Positions 1 to 10,205 of a stretch of DNA of 64,000 nucleotides are shown here, piece by piece (position 1 is the first letter of the stretch; every line of letters begins with the position of its first letter). Made by a program: the position numbers and the translations under genes. The stretch lies in assembly GCA_947177165.1 (NCBI GenBank), contig CAMWTP010000020.1, positions 5,238-69,237 on the forward strand. The letters run 5' to 3'. The notes beneath the pieces are model-generated. The model did no database searches and was not told where the DNA came from. It was given only the letters and a program-made list of their open reading frames with translations. The stretch is from an uncultured Lachnospiraceae bacterium (lineage in GTDB: Bacteria > Bacillota > Clostridia > Lachnospirales > Lachnospiraceae).

Positions 1-1962
1 TGCACAACAGCGGGAAAACCGCACTGCCACATCATGGATTCCCTTTACAGTGATCCCTGTTTTTCCTTTCGGTTTCATCTGCTTGTTGGCAGCCGACTCC
101 TGTATATAAGCCAGCAGCTCCTCATCGGACTCCTGTTTTTTATGTTCCTTCGCATGCAGCTCCTGCATACGGTTAATGATCTGCCCTTCCTTGAGCGCGC
201 CGTGTCCGATTGCCGCAAGAAGTGCATCCCAGTCATTAAATCCATACCTGCGCATCACCGCATTCTGATATTTCGATATCAGCAAGTCTGCCAGCATGAT
301 ATTTTTTGCCCTGCAGTAATTGTGTATGAGCTCTCTTCCTTTTATGATGTTGTCTTCTTTCAGTTCGCTCTTAAACCACTGCGATATCTTATTTTTTGCC
401 TGTGATGATTTCACAATGTTCAGCCAGTCGCGGCTTGGCCCCTTAGAGTTCTGGGAAGTCATGATTTCAATACAGTCACCGTTATTGATCTGATAGTCGA
501 TTGTGACAAGCTTGCCGTTTACCCTTGCACCGATCATCTTGTTTCCAACCGCACTGTGAACGCTGTAGGCAAAGTCAATCGGCGTGGAACCAGCCGGAAG
601 ATTCTTGACATCGCCAGCCGGTGTAAAACAGTAGACATGATCTGAGAACAGATCGAGATCGCTCTTCAAAAGCTTCATAAATTCCTTGTTGTCAGACATA
701 TCCTTCTGCCACTCCAGAATCTGGCTGAGCCATGCAAGCTTCTCGTCCTCGCCCCCTGTCGATACCTTTCCATCGCTTGCTTCCTTGTACTTCCAATGCG
801 CAGCGATACCGTACTCAGCGACCCTGTGCATCTCGAAAGTCCGGATCTGTATCTCAAACGGTGTTCCTGTGGAACCGATCAATGTCGTGTGCAGCGACTG
901 ATACATATTTGCTTTCGGCATAGAGATATAATCTTTGAACCGCCCGGGCATCGGTTTATACATCTCATGAATCACACCCAGCGCAGCGTAACAGTCCTTT
1001 ACAGAATCGACGATAATGCGCACTGCAAACAGATCGTAAATCTGGTCTATCGTCTTTCCCTGATTTTTCATTTTCTTATATATACTGAAAAAATGCTTTA
1101 CACGCCCGTCAATCTGCGCCTCGATCCCGGCATCCGTGATGTGCTCTGTCACTTCATCCACGATATCCTGCACATATCGCTCGCGCGCATCTTTTCGAAG
1201 GGCAATTTTTTCTACCAGATCATAATACGCTTCCGGCTCCAGATATTTTAAGGACAAATCATCCAGTTCGATCTTAATCTTTGAGATACCAAGGCGCTCC
1301 GCAAGCGGTGAGTAAATATCCAGTGTCTCTCTGGCAATGCGCTTCTGGCTCTCCGGCGACTTGTATTTCAATGTCCGCATATTGTGGAGACGGTCAGCAA
1401 GCTTGATCAGTATTACACGGATATCCTTTGCCATCGCCAGAAACATCTTTCTCAGATTCTCAGCCTGCAGCTCCTCGCGGCTTGTCAGCCGGTCAGGCGT
1501 CGCATCCCCCGTGTACTGCAGCTGTTCCAGTTTGGTAACACCATCAACGAGAAGCTCAACATCGGGACCAAACTGTTCCTTGAGCTCCTCATTTGTCATC
1601 ACCGTATCTTCGACGACATCATGCAAAAGCCCCGCAATGATCGTCTCCTTGTCAAGTTCCAGATCCGCAAGGATAATCGCTACACACAATGGATGGATAA
1701 TGTATGGCTCCCCCGATTTTCTTACCTGCTCTTTGTGCGCTTCACAGGCCGTCGCATAAGCTTTGTCAATCATCGAAATATCATCTGACGGATGATATTT
1801 GTGCACACGCCGAATAAGCCCCTGATATAACTCATCGGGGCTCTGGAATTCTTTGATATATTCAATTTTTCGTTCATCTATTTTTTTAGGACCAGCCTTA
1901 CTCCCCTTTATAATCAGGGAATCTTCATATGCCCCTGTTCTTGTCTGTTTCTCATCTGTCAC
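1..1962 (-). CDS. relA: Bifunctional (p)ppGpp synthetase/hydrolase Rel (RelA/SpoT family), 3' end beyond the window
   Basis: Absent from the ORF track because its stop lies outside the window. Manual translation from a GTG at 1962 gives RKSGEPYIIHP, AGLLHDVVEDT (HD hydrolase), PGRFKDYISMPK (RxKD synthetase), a TGS-like segment and VRFSRCC at the edge. It follows apt, the usual Firmicute order. Start codon uncertain. Confidence 0.95.
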   Translation of the reverse strand, partial: MTDEKQTRTGAYEDSLIIKGSKAGPKKIDERKIEYIKEFQSPDELYQGLIRRVHKYHPSDDISMIDKAYATACEAHKEQVRKSGEPYIIHPLCVAIILADLELDKETIIAGLLHDVVEDTVMTNEELKEQFGPDVELLVDGVTKLEQLQYTGDATPDRLTSREELQAENLRKMFLAMAKDIRVILIKLADRLHNMRTLKYKSPESQKRIARETLDIYSPLAERLGISKIKIELDDLSLKYLEPEAYYDLVEKIALRKDARERYVQDIVDEVTEHITDAGIEAQIDGRVKHFFSIYKKMKNQGKTIDQIYDLFAVRIIVDSVKDCYAALGVIHEMYKPMPGRFKDYISMPKANMYQSLHTTLIGSTGTPFEIQIRTFEMHRVAEYGIAAHWKYKEASDGKVSTGGEDEKLAWLSQILEWQKDMSDNKEFMKLLKSDLDLFSDHVYCFTPAGDVKNLPAGSTPIDFAYSVHSAVGNKMIGARVNGKLVTIDYQINNGDCIEIMTSQNSKGPSRDWLNIVKSSQAKNKISQWFKSELKEDNIIKGRELIHNYCRAKNIMLADLLISKYQNAVMRRYGFNDWDALLAAIGHGALKEGQIINRMQELHAKEHKKQESDEELLAYIQESAANKQMKPKGKTGITVKGIHDVAVRFSRCCA

Positions 1963-2029
1963 TTCGCATCACCAGCCATATCCAATATATTCGTCAAACA
2001 GCAAATTTGAATGAAAAATCACTGATTTT

Positions 2030-2554
2030 TCATTTGCCCTCATAGATGATCGCGGAATCAAGCCTATAGCCTGCAATCCTGTCCCTGCCCTTTAATCCAG
2101 CCAGCTCCATCAGAACGACCACGCCTACCACTTCTCCGCCAAGTGATTCGATCAGCTTGATCATCGCTTCCGTCGTTCCGCCCGTAGCAATCAGGTCATC
2201 TACCACAAGTACCTTCTGTCCCGGCTGAATGGAATCTTTATGCATCTCGATGGTCGCCTTGCCATACTCAAGATCGTAATCGATAGAAACTGTCTCGCGC
2301 GGAAGTTTTCCTTTCTTTCTGATCAGGACAAAGGGCTTATGATTATTATATGCGATTGGTGTTCCAAAAATAAATCCTCTGGACTCGGCGCCCGCCACAA
2401 CATCGAATTCCAGATCTTTTACCAAATCCTGCATCGTATCAATGGCAAGATGCAGGCCGTCGGCGTCCTGCAGCACACTTGTCACATCGCGGAATATGAT
2501 GCCCGGCTCCGGAAAATCAGGTATTGCTCTTACGTATTCTTCCAATTTTTTCAT
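2030..2554 (-). CDS. apt: Adenine phosphoribosyltransferase
   Basis: IPDFPEPGIIFRD, ESRGFIFG, RKKGKLP and PRPP motif VLVVDDLIATGGT. Start moved to MKKLEE. Confidence 0.97.
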   Translation of the reverse strand: MKKLEEYVRAIPDFPEPGIIFRDVTSVLQDADGLHLAIDTMQDLVKDLEFDVVAGAESRGFIFGTPIAYNNHKPFVLIRKKGKLPRETVSIDYDLEYGKATIEMHKDSIQPGQKVLVVDDLIATGGTTEAMIKLIESLGGEVVGVVVLMELAGLKGRDRIAGYRLDSAIIYEGK

Positions 2555-2622
2555 AAAGTATTCTCTCTCCAATCTCTTTTTATAAAATATTAATAAAGAT
2601 TTTATTTTTACCGAATACCACT

Positions 2623-2651
2623 ATTATAGTATTATTTGTCTGTTTCGTCAA
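2623..2651 (-). promoter_or_regulatory. Sigma-A-type promoter for apt-rel
   Basis: Minus strand TTGACG-17 nt-TATAAT. Confidence 0.7.
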
Positions 2652-2674
2652 TTATTTTTCGATGGGCGGTCATT

Positions 2675-3745
2675 TCAAATATTTGTCCACTCCGCTTCCT
2701 CCTGCTGGCCAATCGTGTCATAGTCCACCCCCAGCAAGCTGCACCTTTTTTTGATGACCTGCTCTAGTTCTGCATCTGTCGCCCAGTTGATGCCTGCCTC
2801 GTCGCGGCACCTGCTGATATAGGTTTCGCACAGGGCTGCCTGGTCTTCCGTACACTCCGACAAATCATACAAATAATATTTTTCCTCACCGATTGTGTAA
2901 ATGGACACATTCAGCGGCACATCCTCATTCCCGGCAAAAACTTCATTATAGATTGCATCGCTGATATAACTTGTCCACCAGCCACTCAAAATTTCTGCCC
3001 CATAAACATCCGTTATTTTTCCATTGGACATAATGGCTGACATCCCTGAATAGTGATCCCCAGCTCCACCAGAACCATAATTACTGCACAGACCATCGCG
3101 ATACTGTTCTGTATAACTGCGCGCCCAGCATTCATACCCATCTGTCAAATATAGCTGCCCATCAGTCTCTGTAAATACATAAACAGCAAAACTGTCATCA
3201 CCTGGTGAATAAATATTTAATCCGACAAATTTAACTAAAAAATTCTTCGAATCACTGTCCGGACATTCTACATAAGTATATTGTGCATAATCATATGATG
3301 TCTTTTCTGAGTACTCCGGATCAAAATAGCTCTGATTTACATACTGTGAAAGCTCCCCGAATGTATAAGACTTTCCATTTTCCAGATTAAAAATCCTGTA
3401 TTCGTCCTGTGGATAATCGTTCCCGATTATTGCTGAAATTCTATTGTTTATGAACTGCATGTACAAATCCTGGGGCTTTTCATTGTTCTGGATATTCTTA
3501 GTGTCGTCTTCCGATATATTCTCTGCTTCCGGCTCCTGTTGCTCTGCATTTTCTTCTGACTGCGCTGTCGCACCAGCATTGCTGCCCGTATTATTCACCT
3601 GTTCCTCATTGGTTTCATCATTCTGGACATTTTCGCCCAAGTCAAGAGAAATAACCTCCGGTTTTTCCTGTTCATCAGATTTCTGGTCTGCGCAGCCTGT
3701 GATGATCATTCCTGCACAAAACAGTACAAATAATTTCTTTTTCAT
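2675..3745 (-). CDS. Hypothetical acidic lipoprotein
   Basis: MKKK plus hydrophobic stretch and lipobox IITG/C; Glu/Asn-rich linker; GGAGG RBS. Confidence 0.8.
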   Translation of the reverse strand: MKKKLFVLFCAGMIITGCADQKSDEQEKPEVISLDLGENVQNDETNEEQVNNTGSNAGATAQSEENAEQQEPEAENISEDDTKNIQNNEKPQDLYMQFINNRISAIIGNDYPQDEYRIFNLENGKSYTFGELSQYVNQSYFDPEYSEKTSYDYAQYTYVECPDSDSKNFLVKFVGLNIYSPGDDSFAVYVFTETDGQLYLTDGYECWARSYTEQYRDGLCSNYGSGGAGDHYSGMSAIMSNGKITDVYGAEILSGWWTSYISDAIYNEVFAGNEDVPLNVSIYTIGEEKYYLYDLSECTEDQAALCETYISRCRDEAGINWATDAELEQVIKKRCSLLGVDYDTIGQQEEAEWTNI

Positions 3746-3949
3746 AATTACCTCCACAATATAAAATGTCCCTGACAGGCTGGGCCTGCCGGGACAAATA
3801 AAGCCTATCTAATAAATTTACAGCGTCTGTTTCCGTCCCTATGTTCTTCCGCACCCACAGTGACTCGACACCTTTTTTGAAACACATTCAAAATCCCCAT
3901 GTGCTTCTGCTATTCTAAAAATCGAGTGCGCTGTACTCAATTTTCACAT

Positions 3950-5239
3950 TTAAACTTTGATATAATCCTTTACAGAAGATACTTCTTTTATGTAACCGAC
4001 CAATTTTTCTGATATCTTTATCATGTTGTTTGTCGCATTTTGGCATTCATCTGCAATCTGACGGAACTCTTCCATATTTTCCGCAGTCTGCTGCGCACTG
4101 TCTGCATTCTCATCTGCACAGTTCGCCAAAGCTGTAATACTATTCTCAATTACCTCTCGATGCCCGCTCAGTTCTTCCACCTCGTCGGCAATACCATGAA
4201 TAGAATCGCTTACTTTTCCAATTTCCTGATTTAATAAATTGAAAATGTTCTCTGTGTCCTGAATCTTTTCATTCTGCCGCAAAAATGCTTCTGAAACTTT
4301 CTTCGTAATCTCCACACTGACATCTGAGTTGCCCAACAAATTTGCAACCACCTTGCCAATCTGCTCTGTAGATTCCCTCGACTGGTCAGCCAATGCACGA
4401 ATTTCTTCCGCAACTACAGCAAAACCTTTGCCATGCTCTCCCGCCCTTGCTGCTTCAATACTCGCGTTCAACGCAAGCAGATTTGTCTTGCTGGAGATGC
4501 CCGCTATAATCTCCGTCGCTGTACGAATCTGCTGTGCTGACTGGTTTGTCAGTTCCGTCTGTTTTCGCACATCTTCAATCGCCTGGCTGCTCTTATCACT
4601 AATATCCACCAGTTCCTTCATGATCTGCTCCACAGAAACATCATATTCCTTCATCAGTTCCGCACTTTTGGTCAGGATTTCCACATTTTGCGTGATTCCC
4701 CCGATGGACTCACTGATAGCATCTATCTTATTCTTCATGTCTGTTGTCTGTCCCGCCTGCGAAACAGTATTTGCCGTAATTGAGGAAACCGCATTGCCGC
4801 TCTGTTCCACAGCAGATGACATATTACCAAAAATACTTTGTAAATCTCCAGACAGGTTTTCCAATTCATCTGATGCCTGTCTTATCGCAACTACAAGCTG
4901 TGCAAAAGATGATACTATCCCCTGCACATAACGAACCATCTCGCCGATCTCATCATTGCGTTCCGCCAGCTTTTTCCCCTTTGACTCAGTCTGTGCAGAC
5001 GGCTGCTGCCCCCCTACAATCTGCCGGAAAATGTCGAAAATAAATTTAAGTATTATTCCAAAAAAAACTGCAAGCGCCAAAACACCCGCACTAATTAGGA
5101 GCATTGCCCAAAACGTACTGATAACACCCTTCTCCAGAAGCTTTAAAACAGCAATCTGCCATACAACAAGCACCAAAAAAGCACTAAGTAATATAGCAAC
5201 CAATTTTTTTCGACCAGTCTGTCTCTTTGTATCATTCAT
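3950..5239 (-). CDS. Methyl-accepting chemotaxis protein
   Basis: Two N-terminal TM segments, HAMP-like RNDEIGEM, signalling motif TNLLALNASIEAARAGEHGKGFAVVAEEIRALA. Confidence 0.95.
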   Translation of the reverse strand: MNDTKRQTGRKKLVAILLSAFLVLVVWQIAVLKLLEKGVISTFWAMLLISAGVLALAVFFGIILKFIFDIFRQIVGGQQPSAQTESKGKKLAERNDEIGEMVRYVQGIVSSFAQLVVAIRQASDELENLSGDLQSIFGNMSSAVEQSGNAVSSITANTVSQAGQTTDMKNKIDAISESIGGITQNVEILTKSAELMKEYDVSVEQIMKELVDISDKSSQAIEDVRKQTELTNQSAQQIRTATEIIAGISSKTNLLALNASIEAARAGEHGKGFAVVAEEIRALADQSRESTEQIGKVVANLLGNSDVSVEITKKVSEAFLRQNEKIQDTENIFNLLNQEIGKVSDSIHGIADEVEELSGHREVIENSITALANCADENADSAQQTAENMEEFRQIADECQNATNNMIKISEKLVGYIKEVSSVKDYIKV

Positions 5240-5458
5240 TTCCTTTCCCTCCGCAAATTTATTTTATCACCGGCTTTTTGTGCCTTTTCTCAGTGACATT
5301 TTTATTATTATACCACATTTTTTTCGCCAGGTATATAAAAAATGCATTATTTGCATAAAAAGAACTGCACTTCAGTTACTGTTCAGACACCATATACGCA
5401 GTGGAAACTCTAATCAATTTGTGTACAAAATCTATTGCAGCCTACGCTCTCAGTAAAC

Positions 5459-5492
5459 AGCGAGACACCGCCCTCATGGACGGTGTCTCGCT
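5459..5492 (-). terminator. Stem-loop downstream of the glycyl-radical cofactor gene
   Basis: AGCGAGACACCG ... CGGTGTCTCGCT, 12-bp perfect stem. Confidence 0.7.
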
Positions 5493-5518
5493 CAATGGAA
5501 TTTAATGGATTGTCAAAC

Positions 5519-5758
5519 TCAAATTGCCTCATGAAATGTTCTTGAGATAACATCTGCCTGCTGCTCCGGCGTCAGCTTGATAAAGTTGACTGCATAGCCT
5601 GAAACTCTGATTGTGAGCTGCGGATAATTCTCCGGGTGCTTCTGTGCATCTAACAATGTATCTCTGTTGAGAACATTTACATTGAGATGATGGCCGCCCT
5701 TTGTTGCGTATCCATCCAAAAGATTTACTAAGTTGCTTACCTGTGCGTTATCTGTCAT
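5519..5758 (-). CDS. grcA: Autonomous glycyl radical cofactor (short GrcA-like protein, 79 aa)
   Basis: Only the PFL C-terminal domain is present: [45 protein letters not shown] before MTDN. Confidence 0.88.
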   Translation of the reverse strand: MTDNAQVSNLVNLLDGYATKGGHHLNVNVLNRDTLLDAQKHPENYPQLTIRVSGYAVNFIKLTPEQQADVISRTFHEAI

Positions 5759-5828
5759 GATAATTCCTCCTTTTATAAAAAAATACCAAATTGTTTTTGT
5801 GTTGTGCATTGTGTTTCTTTGTGAGTCT

Positions 5829-5871
5829 AGTATATTTCATTCCCGGAGAAATTTCTGTAACAATTGTTACA
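5829..5871 (-). promoter_or_regulatory. Class II-type activated promoter: -10 TATACT plus palindrome TGTAACAATTGTTACA
   Basis: Perfect 16-bp palindrome at 5856-5871; its centre is -41.5 if TATACT (5829-5834) is the -10 box; no consensus -35. Confidence 0.72.
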
Positions 5872-5933
5872 CTTTTATTTTTTTTATGTATTTTTATAAA
5901 AACAATAAATGCAATGCAAAATAAACATAATTA

Positions 5934-6620
5934 TCAATACAACATTTCTAACGCGTCACGATGTAAAATTTTAATCGTATTCTTGTCCGCCTCAATCAAT
6001 TGCTCCTGCTGCATTTTCATCAGTTCTCTCGACAGCGAAGGTCTGGTCGTGCCAAGGTAGTCCGCCAGTTCTTCCCTGTTCATGCTAAGCTTTATGGTAT
6101 CAGAACCGCTGTCCACAGCCTGCTCAATCAGCCACAGGGCAATACGCTCCCGCAGCGTCGTCCCCGACAGGAGATGCAGCTTTCTGGTCATGGTGAAATT
6201 CTTCTCAGACTGTATCTCCAGCATATTTTTAGTAATCATGCGATGATGCTCACAGGCATTGCTGCAAAAACAGTAAAAAAAATCCCACGGTATCTCCAGC
6301 AGTCTCACTTTTCCCTGCGTGATGGCATCATACCAGTATGTCTTTGTATCTGCAAACAGAAACATTTCCCCAAAGACATCTCCCTGTCCTACCATAAAAA
6401 GCACATCGCGCTTTCCCGACGCGAAATCCTTCGAGATCATCACTGTCCCATCCAACACCAGAAACAGGTTTCTGGGTGTCTCTCCCTGGCGAAACACATA
6501 GCTTCCATCCCCAAAAGAGCGTTCGACCGTCTTAGAACAGCGGAACATCTTCTCGATCTCTTCCCTGCTGATATCACGAAACAGGTGAATCCTGTCACAG
6601 TCTTTGATTTTCTCAATCAT
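5934..6620 (-). CDS. Crp/Fnr-family transcriptional regulator (HcpR-like)
   Basis: cNMP-binding fold (GDVFGEMF), Cys cluster CFCSNACEHH, HTH REELADYLGTTRPSLSREL. Confidence 0.92.
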   Translation of the reverse strand: MIEKIKDCDRIHLFRDISREEIEKMFRCSKTVERSFGDGSYVFRQGETPRNLFLVLDGTVMISKDFASGKRDVLFMVGQGDVFGEMFLFADTKTYWYDAITQGKVRLLEIPWDFFYCFCSNACEHHRMITKNMLEIQSEKNFTMTRKLHLLSGTTLRERIALWLIEQAVDSGSDTIKLSMNREELADYLGTTRPSLSRELMKMQQEQLIEADKNTIKILHRDALEMLY

Positions 6621-6680
6621 ATAATCCCCCATGCCATAATATATTCGAGCAGGGACATTCTTCCCTGCCCGGGTGCATAA

Positions 6681-6713
6681 AAACGGAGAACGCTGCTCCC
6701 GCGTTCTCCGTTT
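6681..6713 (-). terminator. Intrinsic terminator of groESL
   Basis: AAACGGAGAACGC-loop-GCGTTCTCCGTTT, followed by T residues on the minus strand. Confidence 0.8.
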
Positions 6714-6731
6714 ATAAAGCTTTAGCGTTTT

Positions 6732-8360
<1,629 letters not shown>

Positions 8361-8405
8361 TCAATCATCCTCCAATTTATAATATTACAATTTTAAATGT
8401 GCAGC

Positions 8406-8523
8406 GAACGCGCCCTATGCAGTCTCCTAACAACATAAAACTCTTCACACAGAGAACGCACCCTCTGCAGCCTCCTAACAACATAAAACCCTTCACACAG
8501 AGAACGCGCCCTATGCGTTCTCT
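8406..8523. repeat. About 2.4 tandem copies of a 48-bp unit in the groES-groEL spacer
   Basis: Units start at 8406, 8454 and 8502: GAACGCGCCCTATGCAGTCTCCTAACAACATAAAACTCTTCACACAGA and GAACGCACCCTCTGCAGCCTCCTAACAACATAAAACCCTTCACACAGA, then a partial copy. Confidence 0.9.
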
Positions 8524-8594
8524 TAATAACTTAGAAAATCTTAAGTTGCGTCCTTTGCAACTTTTTAGATTTTCTTAGTTATTTATTTTCTTAG

Positions 8595-8879
8595 TTATTT
8601 GATAACTGCCAGGATATCATTCTGCTTTACGATAATGTACTCTTCCTCGTCAATCTTGACTTCTGTCCCGGAATACTTCGAGAAGATTACGTTATCCCCA
8701 ACCTTGACTTCCATCTTGACCTCTTTCCCATCAACTACTCCGCCCGGTCCGACAGCGATCACTTCTGCCTGCTGCGGCTTCTCCTTGTTCTGTCCCGGCA
8801 ATACGATACCAGACTTTGTTGTCTCCTCTGCAACCAACTGCTTCAATACGACTCTGTCTCCTAATGGTACTAATTTCAT
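8595..8879 (-). CDS. groES: Co-chaperonin GroES
   Basis: MKLVPLGDRVV, TKSGIVLP, VKVGDNVIFSKYSGTEVK; AGGAGG RBS. Confidence 0.99.
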   Translation of the reverse strand: MKLVPLGDRVVLKQLVAEETTKSGIVLPGQNKEKPQQAEVIAVGPGGVVDGKEVKMEVKVGDNVIFSKYSGTEVKIDEEEYIIVKQNDILAVIK

Positions 8880-8923
8880 GTGAAATGCCTCCTTATGATT
8901 AAAATAATTATTTACTCTTTCGA

Positions 8924-8950
8924 TTAGCACTCTTGTCTATTGAGTGCTAA
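8924..8950. promoter_or_regulatory. CIRCE element (HrcA operator)
   Basis: Exact TTAGCACTC-N9-GAGTGCTAA upstream of groES. Confidence 0.97.
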
Positions 8951-9090
8951 CAAATCATATAATAGTTTTTTGCTGAGCGTTCTGCAAACGGATTTAGATT
9001 TTATTATCTCCTATTTTCTTCCATTTAATCGCATTTTCTCACTTTTTCTTTTGTTTTTAAAGTTTGTAGCACTTAATAATTATTTTAGAT

Positions 9091-10038
9091 TTAGGCATTT
9101 TTCAGGCCTTTCTCCAGTCTTTCTTTGTATCCCGGCGCATTCTTGATCGCAAATTTATTCTCCAACATAGCATATTCAGCATCGGAAAGAATATTCTTAA
9201 AGCTTTCCTCAACATTTGTCCGCATCACGCACCCCACTGCAACACTCGGAGCAAGCTTCTCATCCTCAAAACTGTCGCACGCCTGCTGTACCGCGTCACA
9301 GTAAGCCTTCGCCTCGTCCTCCTCGGCAAGCGGCAGAAGCACGTTAAACACATCGCCCTCCACCCTGCCGATCACGGCATGGTTCAATCCTGCCTCCTCC
9401 ACCTTCGCCTTGAGAATCTCAGCCACTGTCACAATCAGACGGTCGCTCTCCTCCTCTCCGAAATTGTTGTCGACAAAGCGCCAGTCATTGATATTGGCAC
9501 AGATCACCGCTGTCGGAACGATCTCACGCTCTGCGAGCTCCTTCATCTGGCTGATAAAATGATTCCTGTTCAGCACACCCGTAAGCGGATCGTTCTGACC
9601 AGAATACTGCGCCTGGGCAGCATCCTTTTCCAACTGCTGCTCCAGCTCCTCAATATAGACAGCCTGCTCACTTGCCAGATACGATTTCTGACTATGATTC
9701 TCCAAAGTCTCAATATATGCGCCAAGGAATTTGCTCACCGCCTCAAAACACTCCGCCGCAACATGATCATACTTTGCATAGATATGACATACTGTCCTGC
9801 CCTTCACGCGGATCTTATTTCCGGGCTTGTTGACCACATCGGGCTTAAAATCCCCAAAATCACCGACTGTCATCAGAACATTCCCGTGTCTGTCTGTCAT
9901 CAGTGTGTCGAGCCCAAAGCACTCATGGAACTGTGTCAGCATGATTTTTGCTGTCTCCAGATCAAATAAATCCTTGGGAAAATAATTTTTACTGTTCTGC
10001 TCGATTCTCTGTGCAAATGCTGTCCTCTTTTCGTTCAT
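9091..10038 (-). CDS. GGDEF-domain protein, degenerate, with PocR-like N-terminus
   Basis: DPLTGVLNR and SVAVG...SDAEYAM GGDEF scaffold, but the active-site hairpin reads RVEGDVF. The PocR-like call is tentative. Confidence 0.8.
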   Translation of the reverse strand: MNEKRTAFAQRIEQNSKNYFPKDLFDLETAKIMLTQFHECFGLDTLMTDRHGNVLMTVGDFGDFKPDVVNKPGNKIRVKGRTVCHIYAKYDHVAAECFEAVSKFLGAYIETLENHSQKSYLASEQAVYIEELEQQLEKDAAQAQYSGQNDPLTGVLNRNHFISQMKELAEREIVPTAVICANINDWRFVDNNFGEEESDRLIVTVAEILKAKVEEAGLNHAVIGRVEGDVFNVLLPLAEEDEAKAYCDAVQQACDSFEDEKLAPSVAVGCVMRTNVEESFKNILSDAEYAMLENKFAIKNAPGYKERLEKGLKNA

Positions 10039-10205
10039 CGTTCCTCTTTCTCCTTCCACTATTTCCTATCGATTCGTAATTAGAGTATACCGTTTTACCA
10101 GACTGCTGTCTATCCTTTATTTTGCATCATATACCGCATAAGCTCAGGATTCCTGCCGCTTATATTCATATGAATGTCTGTAACCAAAATATAACGGTCT
10201 GGTTC

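Noticed and set aside
34-1788. Plus-strand ORFs at the left edge
   Set aside because: They are antisense shadows of rel, which the track missed because its stop is outside the window.
8406-8523. 48-bp repeats as a mini CRISPR array
   Set aside because: The units are contiguous with no unique spacers, and there are no cas genes in the window.
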